Shown: positions 43,204 through 52,823 of the stretch, one piece after another
How positions within the stretch are numbered: the stretch's first letter is position 1
How the letters are laid out: each line of letters opens with the position of its first letter
NCBI GenBank assembly: GCA_963700285.1
Contig: CAVOXA010000001.1
Coordinates: 1,280,001-1,344,000 of the forward strand
DNA length: 64,000 nt
From: an uncultured Chloroflexia bacterium
GTDB lineage: Bacteria > Chloroflexota > Anaerolineae > JAAYZQ01
Reading direction: 5' to 3'
The notes under the pieces: model-generated
Database searches by the model: none
What the model was told of the DNA's origin: nothing
What the model saw: the letters and a program-made list of their open reading frames with translations, nothing else
Made by a program: the position numbers and the translations under genes

Positions 43204-45192
43204 GCATACTTCTTCCTCCGCCTTTGCTTCTCTAAACATCCTCTTGACCTCGTTGGCCGGGATGCCTTCAACCTTGTTCCAGAGTTGGGCGATTCTCTGT
43301 CTGTCCTGCTCTCTCCTCCCGGGCGATGATCGCCTCTGACAGCTCGGCAATCGTGGGCGCCTCAAATATCGTGAGCAGGGGGACCTCTACGCGCAGGGAA
43401 TCTCGCACGCGGAGGCAATCTGGGTGGCCAGCAGCGAGTGTCCTCCCAGTTCAAAGAAGCTGTCGTGGATGCCAATCTTCTCGATGCCAAGGACCTCGAC
43501 AAAGATGTCGGCCAGCACTTCCTCGAACCGGTGTGCGGAGGACCACGGAGGCCTGCGCTGGTTCGTGTCTTGCCCAATCGGGCTCGGGAAGTGACTGTCG
43601 GTCGACTTTGCCATTGGGTGTCAGCGGGAGAGCCTCGAGCATCGCAAAGGCGGCAGGGACCATATAGTCGGGCAGCTTTTCCCGGAGAAAGCCACGCAGA
43701 TCAGAGGGAATCAGGGTTGCCCCGCCCTCCGGGACGACGTAGGCCACCAGCCGCTGGTCGCCCTGTGTCTTTTCCTTGATCAGCGCAGCCGCCTGTCCCA
43801 CGTCCGGATGTTGCCGCAGGACGGCCTCAACCTCCCCGAGTTCAACGCGGAAGCCACGGATCTTCACCTGGAAGTCCTTTCGGCCTTGGTGAACAAGGTG
43901 GCGGTCGTGCGACATGCTACCCAAGTCTCCGGTGAGATAGATGCGCTGGTTTGTATCATCTGGATCGTCAAGAGACTTGGCTAGAGTCAGTTCAGGACTT
44001 CCTCCAATAGCCAGAGGAGAGGTAAGGGCTCTTCACTGCAATCTCACCAGTGTGATTGAATCCGACCTCAAGGCCAGCATCATCACGCAGCAAGACCTCC
44101 ATGTCCTGGACCGCATTGCCAACAGGCACATTGTGGCCGACGATGGGCTCGTCATTGCTGATGAAGCTCCAGCGGAAGGTCATGGTCTCTGTGGAGCCTA
44201 GGCTGTTCACCACAACACAGTGAGGGGCGAAATGCTCTCTACATAGTCCAATATCCTTGCTGCTGACCGGTTCTCCCGAAAGGTTGATCAAACGCAAGCT
44301 GGGGAAGCTCTCATTCCCGGACAGCACGCTGCAGAAGTGGCGAAAGACAGTCGGGACAAATCGGGAGATCGTAACATCCTGCCCGATGAGCCAGGCAGCC
44401 AAGTTGGCCAGGCCCTCCTCTTTGATGTCGAAAGGGTAGAGCGTTGCACCGTTGAGCAGTGCACCGTATGTTGCGCGCACAGAATCCACAAAGCTGCAAG
44501 AAGAGAGGAGCACGATACGGTCCTCTGTGCAGATGTGGAGTCCATTCGTGTAGTTCATGATCTCATGAAGCAGATTGCGATGGCTGTGAGCGACCCCTTT
44601 GGGCTGACCGGTTGAGCCCGAAGTATAGAGCAGAAAGGCAAGCCTATCCGGCGATATGGGTAGACCCGGAGAGTCTGTTGATGTGCTGCCATCGAGCTCA
44701 TCTACATCCTGAATTTGGTGCACGCTCTCAGCCAGTATCCTGGCCAAACCCACATTCCGCCTGTTAGTCAGGATGAGGGGTTGCCTGCGAATCCCGAAGC
44801 GAATAGCTGATCCTGGCTTGGGGATAGGCGGGATCCAGCGGGACGTACATCTTCCCAGCCTTGAGTGCCCCCAAAATAGTCGCAATCAGCGGTGCCCCCT
44901 GCTCAAGAAGTACAGCGACGGGCATCTCACGGTCGCCAAGCTGCCGGAGGATGCCATGTGCCACTCGGTTGGCAGCTCTGTCCAACTCGTCGTAGGTGAG
45001 CTCCTGGCTCGATGTCTTGACCGCGAGTTTCTGGCCATACTCGACCGCCAGCTTTTCGAACCGGTCAGGGATCGATTGCTCGATTTCGTCTCTTGCGAAG
45101 GCGATGAACTCACCGCTGGGATGGAACCACTTTCCTTGAGTTTTCCCCTGGCTTTGCGTAGTGCCAAAGGGTAGTCGGGCAGCTTCACTCAT
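43200..45192 (-). CDS. NRPS unit 5: starter A-PCP (frameshifted)
   Basis: MSEAARL...[63 protein letters not shown]. The boundary with unit 6 is uncertain. Confidence 0.82.
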
Positions 45193-45415
45193 CAGATGTC
45201 TCCAAAGCAATCGAGCCAGGCGCCAGAAATCGCCGTAAGCGCAAAGCCTGACCTCTCCAACATGCCCGTCAACTCCGGGGCGGTATCGTAGTCCTGCTCC
45301 CACCAGTGTAGGCCCCCCTCCCATTTGAACCGCTTTCCTCCACAAGGAGGTCCCCTGTCCGCAGCAACAGCTCTGCCTCCGCCCGTTGCCGGGCTGGGGC
45401 ACGGAAGTGCCATCT

Positions 45416-48400
45416 TTAACCATTTGACAGAACGTGGTCGATACGCGCTCGCAGCTTTGCTGCCAAGGCTTGCATGTGGGTTTCTTCTATTGGGACATCC
45501 AGGCCGACAATGGTCGCATGGTTGCCCGGGAACTCGTGTACCTCTGCTCCAAGAAGGGCCAGTTTGCACCAATCCAACTGAGAATTCTCGTCGATTCTGA
45601 GCGAGTCCTCGGTGAGGAAAAGGTCCAGCCTCCCATGATACGGCTGTGGCCTGTAGCGGACAAGGGCCAATCTATTGGCGATTACCTTGAGCTTCAACCG
45701 TACATAGTCCACCTGTCCGCTCGATGGTTTGGATAGAATCTGGCGCGCGTGCTTGCCAAAGCGTGGCAGCAAGCGTTCCAGTACTGACCAGGCAAGATCC
45801 AGGTACGCGCCGATGCCTGGACCCCGCTGCCCCGCGGGTTCGACCATAGCTAGGAAGGGTACCTGCTGCCCTTGAGCTTGAAGCTGCTGGGCCATCTCAA
45901 AGGCTACAACCGCGCCAGCGCATACCCCACCCAAAAGGTATGGCCCCTCGGGCTTGACTTCACGTAATTGCTCCAGATAATAGGCAGCCAAGGCTTCAAT
46001 CCGGACCGGGTTCGCCATCCCGTCCTGGAGACCATAAAACGGTTGATCGGGGCCAAGCTGGCGGGATAGGATGCCCAGGTCAGCGAACACATTGCCCAGA
46101 TTACCAGGCAGGAAGAATAGGGGCACCCTGGAGCCGGTGCTTCTGATCGCGATCAAAGAGGTCGAGATCACTGACTGTTGCTTCCCTCCCTCGCCGAGGT
46201 GACCTGCCTGCAGTGCGATGGTGGGCGCCTGGAACAGGGTGGTCAGTGGAAGGGATTCCCCAAATTCCTTTCTTATCTGAGCAAACAAGCGCACGCCTAA
46301 CAGCGAGTGTCCGCCAACGTCAAAGAAGCTGTCGTGGACGCCAACCCGGTCCATGCCAAGGATCTGGGTCCAGATGCCGGCCAGTTTCTCTTCCGCAGGT
46401 GTCCGGGGGGCGACATAGGCAGCTTCCAACTCCGACCGGACCCGGTCAGGCGCAGGCAGCGCACGGCGGTCCAGTTTTCGGTTTGGCGTCAGAGGCAGGG
46501 CGTCGAGTGCGACAAAGGCCGAAGGGACCATGTAGGCAGGCAGCCTTGCGCTCAAGTGACCGCGGAGGTCAGCGCCTGCCGGCGCCGGCTCCTGCGCAGG
46601 GACGACGTAGGCGACCAACCGTATCTGTCCGGGCTGGTCTTCCCGGGCCAGGACAACGGCTTCCTGGATGTCATCGTGCTGGCTCAAGACCGCCTCAATT
46701 TCGCCCAGCTCAATGCGAAAGCCGCGGATCTTGACCTGGTGGTCGTTGCGGCCGGCAAACTCGACGGTACCGTCGGGCAGGTAGCGGCCCAGATCGCCAG
46801 TCTTGTAGAGACGGTCGTACTCGAGATTGGTGAATGGGCTAGTGAGAAATCGCTCTCGGGTCAGCGGCTCATCGCCCAGGTATCCGCGGGCCAGGTGAGG
46901 GCTGCGGATGTGAATCTCGCCCAATTCGCCGACTCCGGCCAATTTCCGCTCGCCATTCAGTACCAGCAACTGCGCGTCAGGCATGCCGGAACCGAGGGGA
47001 TAGACGGCCTTGGCCCTATCCCTTTGGGCATTGGGGGGGATGGTGTAATAGGCTACGGCGCGTTGGGTTTCGGTGGAACCGTACGAATTGATGCAGGTGA
47101 CGTTAGGAGCGAGGCTTGTGAGCCGCTGTACCTCGACCTGGGTCAGTTTGTCGCCGACAAAGAAGGCATAGCGCAAAAATGGCAGGCGACGCTCTGGGCC
47201 GGCTGTTTCGGTGAGGATCTGGCTCATTGCAGGGGTAAGATGGACGAAAGAGATCTTCTCCCGAGCCATCCAGTCAGCCAGCCCGCCCGGGGTGCCGATG
47301 GTGTCGTCATCGGGGCTACAGACGGTAGCTCCGATCCAGAGGGGGGTAAAGATGTCTCGCTGCAGGGGGTCATGGGACAGGCCGGAGAGCATGCTAAAGT
47401 GGTCCGCTGGCGATAGGTCAAAGGTTTCTTGCTGCCACGGCATAAAGTGGGTAAGGGGTCCATGGCGGCCGAGGATGGCCTTGGGCATGCCAGTCGAGCC
47501 AGAAGTGAAAGCTACATAGGCCAGGTCATCTGGTCCAACGGTCAGGGCGGGATCGTCGGTGGGGTGGGAGCCGAAGGCATGGTGGGACTGGGCTTCAGCC
47601 TGGCTGGGAAGAGTAAGCCTGCAGCAGAGGGGGGAGGCGGCCAGGAATGCCTCGAGTGGCTCTGGCACGTCCCCAGTGGCTTTGGTCTGGATCCAGCCTC
47701 GAGGTCCTACAGTGCGGAGATAGTCGGCCAGGCGGGCGGGCGGGTAGGCGGGGTCGAGGAGGAGGAAAGCTGCCCCCGCCTTGAGCACGCCTAGGATGGC
47801 CCACACCAGCGCCGCACTGCGATGGCCGAAGATGGCCACGATGTCCTGGGGCTGGATGCCATTGGCCCGCAGGTAGTTGGCCAAACGGTTGCTCCAGCGG
47901 TCCAATTCCTGGTATGTCCACTGCTCATGTTCGTCGACCACGGCCATATGTTCGGGCGCCTGTCGCGCGCGCTCCGCGAACTGACGATGGATGGCTCCTT
48001 GCCACTCACCGGACAGGGGAAGCGTCGGATCGGGCAACAGCTTTTTGGCTGCCGGCGTCACCAATGAGAGACTGGAGAGCCTCTGCTCTGGGTTCTCAGC
48101 GATCTGTTCCAGCAGATGCTGGTATTGGGCCAACATCTCGGTCATGCGGTCCTGGTCAAAGAGATCGGCGTTGTAGACAAAGTCTACCCGAACATTGCCA
48201 CTTTCTTCCCAGACATAGGCGGTCAGATCAAAATTGGAGCGAATGTAGTCCAGCTCGTACCACCTAACTCTGAGCCGAGACAAAGTGAACGGAGACTCCT
48301 CACCCGGATACAGGTTGAAAAAAACCTGAAACAGTGGTGTGCGGCCAAGATCTCGTTGTGGCTGCAGCTTCTCCAGCAATCCTTCAAAAGGGAGATCCTG

Positions 48401-49405
48401 GTGATCATACGCCTCCATGGCAGTCTCGCGTACGCGGCGCAGCAGTTCGAGGAAGGTTGGCTGTCCTGACAGGTTTGTGCGCAGAACCAGCGAGTTGAGG
48501 AAGAAGCCAATGAGGCCCTCGACCTCGGGGCGAGTCCGGCCTGCAATGGGCGTTCCAACGACGACGTCATCCTGCCCTGTGAGGCGGAACAGCAGTGTCT
48601 TGAACGCTGCCAGCAAGGTCATAAAAAGGGTGGCACTCTCCCGGCGGCCAAGTTCCTTGAGCGCCCGGCTGAGCGTCTCAGGTATCTCCATCGATTGGCG
48701 CGCCCCCCGGTAGGTCTGTACCGGCGGACGAGGGTAATCGGAAGGCAGGTCAAGTGCGGGTGGCGCACCGTCGAGCTGCCGTCTCCAGTAATCGAGCTGT
48801 CTCGCCAGTACCTCGCCCTGAAGCCGCTCCCGCTGCCAAGCGGCATAGTCGGCATACTGAATAGGCAGATCTGGGAGTGGGGAGGGCTCTCCACGGGTAA
48901 AAGCTTCATACAGGGCTGAAAGCTCCTGATGAAGGATACCAAGCGACCATTCGTCGGAGACAATGTGGTGCATGGCCAGGATCAGTATATGCTGCTCGAC
49001 ATCCAGCCGTAGCAGGGTTGCCCTGAAGAGTGGGCCTCGAGCCAGATCGAAGGGGCACTGGACTTCTTCCTCCACCAGCCGGCGGGCCTCGGCATCCCGG
49101 TCGCTATCAGGGCTCTCATGGAGATCCACGACTGGTATGGTCAAGTCAAGGGCCGGGGTGATCACCTGCACAGGCTGTCCATCCAAGGCTGAGAAGGTGG
49201 TGCGCAGCGACTCGTGGCGCTGTACGATCTCCTGAATGCTCCTTTCCAGCGCCGTCACATTGAGCGGGCCGGCCAGGTGAAAGGCTTCAACCACATTGTA
49301 GGCGGCCTGACAAGGCTCCAACTGGTCCAGGAACCACATTCGCTCTTGTGCAAAGGATGTCGGAAGTATAAAGGCCCTTTGTTCCATCGATGGGTTCTCA
49401 GACAT
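45416..49405 (-). CDS. NRPS unit 4: C-A-PCP-TE (intact)
   Basis: [64 protein letters not shown]. Confidence 0.95.
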   Translation of the reverse strand: MSENPSMEQRAFILPTSFAQERMWFLDQLEPCQAAYNVVEAFHLAGPLNVTALERSIQEIVQRHESLRTTFSALDGQPVQVITPALDLTIPVVDLHESPDSDRDAEARRLVEEEVQCPFDLARGPLFRATLLRLDVEQHILILAMHHIVSDEWSLGILHQELSALYEAFTRGEPSPLPDLPIQYADYAAWQRERLQGEVLARQLDYWRRQLDGAPPALDLPSDYPRPPVQTYRGARQSMEIPETLSRALKELGRRESATLFMTLLAAFKTLLFRLTGQDDVVVGTPIAGRTRPEVEGLIGFFLNSLVLRTNLSGQPTFLELLRRVRETAMEAYDHQDLPFEGLLEKLQPQRDLGRTPLFQVFFNLYPGEESPFTLSRLRVRWYELDYIRSNFDLTAYVWEESGNVRVDFVYNADLFDQDRMTEMLAQYQHLLEQIAENPEQRLSSLSLVTPAAKKLLPDPTLPLSGEWQGAIHRQFAERARQAPEHMAVVDEHEQWTYQELDRWSNRLANYLRANGIQPQDIVAIFGHRSAALVWAILGVLKAGAAFLLLDPAYPPARLADYLRTVGPRGWIQTKATGDVPEPLEAFLAASPLCCRLTLPSQAEAQSHHAFGSHPTDDPALTVGPDDLAYVAFTSGSTGMPKAILGRHGPLTHFMPWQQETFDLSPADHFSMLSGLSHDPLQRDIFTPLWIGATVCSPDDDTIGTPGGLADWMAREKISFVHLTPAMSQILTETAGPERRLPFLRYAFFVGDKLTQVEVQRLTSLAPNVTCINSYGSTETQRAVAYYTIPPNAQRDRAKAVYPLGSGMPDAQLLVLNGERKLAGVGELGEIHIRSPHLARGYLGDEPLTRERFLTSPFTNLEYDRLYKTGDLGRYLPDGTVEFAGRNDHQVKIRGFRIELGEIEAVLSQHDDIQEAVVLAREDQPGQIRLVAYVVPAQEPAPAGADLRGHLSARLPAYMVPSAFVALDALPLTPNRKLDRRALPAPDRVRSELEAAYVAPRTPAEEKLAGIWTQILGMDRVGVHDSFFDVGGHSLLGVRLFAQIRKEFGESLPLTTLFQAPTIALQAGHLGEGGKQQSVISTSLIAIRSTGSRVPLFFLPGNLGNVFADLGILSRQLGPDQPFYGLQDGMANPVRIEALAAYYLEQLREVKPEGPYLLGGVCAGAVVAFEMAQQLQAQGQQVPFLAMVEPAGQRGPGIGAYLDLAWSVLERLLPRFGKHARQILSKPSSGQVDYVRLKLKVIANRLALVRYRPQPYHGRLDLFLTEDSLRIDENSQLDWCKLALLGAEVHEFPGNHATIVGLDVPIEETHMQALAAKLRARIDHVLSNG

Positions 49406-52400
49406 TGCTATCCGTATCGTCGAGTATCTTGAGCTCATCTGAAGAAAGCACCCTCACATTCTGCGCCCTGCGAGGGCCTGCCGAGATTGCCGGTCCCTCG
49501 TGTTGTGAGTCTTTTGCTTTCAGCTCCCTGACCGCCTGGGCAAGGCCCGCAATCGTCGGGGTTTCGAACATGCTGCGCACAGCGAGCTCTACATGCAAGG
49601 CGGCGCGCACGCGAGAGATGACTTGGGTCGCCAGGAGAGAGTGCCCACCCAAGTCAAAAAAGTTGTCAGAGACGCCCGGCTTCTGTACGCCAAGCACCTC
49701 GCTCCAGATATTGGCCAACGCCTCCTCATCTGGTGTCCGGGGGGCAACGTACTCATGGCCCAGTAGCTCCCGGGACCACTCGGGCTGAGGCAGCGCCCGG
49801 CGATCGATTTTTCCGGTTGTCGTTTGCGGAAGGGATTCCAGAGTCACAATGGCCGATGGCACCATGTACTCGGGGAGTCGAGCGCGCAGGAACCGCCGCA
49901 GATCGCTCATCGACGGAGATAGCGCGTTGTATGGAACTACGTAGGCCACCAGCCGTGTGCCACCCAATCCGGGAGTATCCTCCTGAGGTACCACGACTGC
50001 TTCCTTCACGGCCTCATGCTGCATCAAGACTGATTCAATCTCACCCAGCTCGACCCGGAAGCCACGAAGTTTGACTTGGTGGTCCCGGCGACCCAGGAAC
50101 TCAATGTTGCCATCGGCTAGGAAACGTACCAAGTCCCCGGTGCGATACATTCGGGCCCCTGGTTCTTGGCTAAAAGGACAGGGGACAAAACGTTCGGCCG
50201 TCAGACTAGGCTGGTTGAGATAGCCCCGAGCCAGACCCATACCCGCGATGCACAGCTCGCCGCGCACTCCGATGGGCACTGGAGCCAGGCGTTCGTCCAG
50301 TACGTAGGCCTGGGCATTGCTGATGGGGCGTCCAATCGGTATCTCACGACCTGTTGCCACGAGTTCTGCCGTATTGTCCAGCGCGCAGCTCGTGCTATTG
50401 ATCGTTGTTTCTGTTGGACCATAGCCATTCAGTAGCCACACGCGATCTCCGACACGCGCATACCAAGAAGCCAGTCGCTTCGGAAGAGCCCTCTCCCCAC
50501 CGAAATTGATGAGCCTGATCGTCTCCGGAAACTCCAGATCAAGCTCATCCATCGCGTCGACCAAAGCGTGCCACACAGCTGTTGGCGGATCGAGGGCGGT
50601 GACCTGCTGATCATGACATACCTGCAGGATCATGGATGCCGAGGCGAGGATCTCGTCAGGAGGTAAAACCAGGGTGGCCCCACTGAGCAGACTGGTAAAG
50701 ACCTCGTGCGCGGCTGAGTCAAAACTGATGGAGGCTACCTGCAGCAGCCTTTCGCCAGGGCCTCGCCCAAGTTCAGTGCATGCGGCCAGGGTATAGTTTA
50801 CAAGGGCCTTGTGGGTGATCTGTACGCCTTTGGGCTGTCCCGTCGACCCTGAAGTGTAGACGACATACGCCAGGTTATCGGGGCTGGCCCTATTGACTGG
50901 AGCCTGGCTGTTCTCTGTGGCGATACTCTCCCACTCGCTATCCAGTTGAATTAGCTCTACCGAAGGCTCAGGCAGACTATCGAACAGCCCGCCTGAGGTC
51001 AGAAGTAGACCTACTCCCGCAGCTTTCAGCACCAAGGTCAGCCGGTCAGTGGGTAGGCAGGGTCTAGGGGCACATAGCCTCCCCCCGCTTTGAGGACGCC
51101 CAGGATGGCCACTACCACATCGAGCGAGCGCTCCATGCAGATCCCGACAAGAACCTCCGGCCCAACACCCAGGTCGAGCAGGCGGTGCGCGAGCTGATTG
51201 GCGCGTAGCTCCAGTTCCCCATAGGTCAATGCCTGATCGCCAAAGACTACGGCCGGAGCACCTGGGGTCCGTTCCGCCTGGACGTCGAACAGCTGATGCG
51301 CGCATAGGCCTGCGGCATGATCTGCCTGCGTTTGATTCCACTCTACCAGTATTAGCCGCAGTTCTGGCTCTGTCAGCAATGACAGCCTGGAGATAGGCTG
51401 CTGCGGATTGGCCACAACGCATTCTAGCAGGGTTTGAAAGTGACCCAGCATGCGTTCGATCGTTGCATGCTCGAACAGATCAAGGGAATAGTTCACTACG
51501 CACCGAAGCTGGTCGGCTTCCTGCAGGATATCCAGGGACAGGTCAAACATGGCCGAGCTATACTCGATGCTCAGGCGCGATATGTCCAGCCCGTGTAACG
51601 CCAACACCTCAGGCTCGCGGGCCAGAAGCTGAAACATCACGCGGAACAATGGGTTGCTTCCCGGGGTACGGTCTGGTCGCAGTGTCTCAACCAGTTTTTC
51701 AAATGGAAGATCTTGGTGATCGTAGGCATCCAGGCACACCTGGCGTACCCGCTCCAGAAGTTGCCAGAAACTGGGATCGCCGGCCAGATCGGTGCGCAGC
51801 ACCATGGTGTTGACAAAAAAGCCGATCAGCGCTTCGGTCTCTGGCCTGGTGCGACCAGCAATGGGGGCGGCGACGACGATGTCATCCTTTCCAGAGTAGC
51901 GCCACAGCAGTACCTTGAAAGCAGCCAGAAGCGTCATGAAAAGTGTGACCCCTGCCTGCTGGCTCAGGAGTTCAATGGCTGCGGCGAGGTCTGTGGAGAG
52001 AGCCAAAGCCTGTTCAGCCCCCCGTGCGGTCTGAACAGGCTGCGGAGGGTGGTCAACGGGCAGGGCCAGATCGCCGGGAATCCCGTCAAGCTTGTGCTTC
52101 CAGTAGGCCAGCTGGTCCCCCAGCACGTCTCCCTGCAGCCAGCCCCGTTGCCAGATGGCGTAATCCGCATACTGTAGGGAAAGCTCAGGAAGGGGGGATG
52201 GCCTCCCTGCGGTATAAGACTTGTAGAGGGCTGACAGCTCTGGAAATAGCACCATGTCGGTGGACCAGCCGTCAGAGATGATGTGGTGCAATGCCAGGAC
52301 AAAGGTGTGAGCCTCTCTGCCCAGTCGCAATAGCAGGGACCTCGCGAGAGGTCCTTGGGCCAGGTCAAAGGGTTGCTGGACATAGTCCTTGACGAGTTGC

Positions 52401-52823
52401 AGTGCTTTCGCCGCCCGCTGGCTCTCAGGCAGATCTTGGAGATTCACCACCTGCAGTTTCAGCCACAGGTCTGGATGGACGCGCTGGGTGGGCAGGCCAT
52501 CCACGGTTGGGAACGTTGTCCGCAGTACCTCATGGCGGCGAACGATCTCGTTGAGGCTTTGTTCCAGCGCCTCCACGTTGAGGGGCCCCGAAAGCCGGAA
52601 GACTTCGTAGGTGTTGTAGATCGGACTGCCTGGCTCCAACTGGTCCAGGAACCAGAGCCGCTCCTGGGCAAAGGAGAGCGGTACCTCGTCGAGTTCCGGT
52701 CTCGAGGGGAATCGCCTGCTGGGTGGGGGCATCAATGCCTTCCTCCTGGAGCAGGTAGGCTAAGAGCCGGCGCCCCTCAGCAGAGAGTTGGCTCAGGCTC
52801 GAAAGGTCTCCAGTGCCCATCAT
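49398..52823 (-). CDS. NRPS unit 3: C-A-PCP (frameshifts near 52710 and 51060)
   Basis: LSAEGRRLLAYLL N-terminus, [51 protein letters not shown]. Confidence 0.9.
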
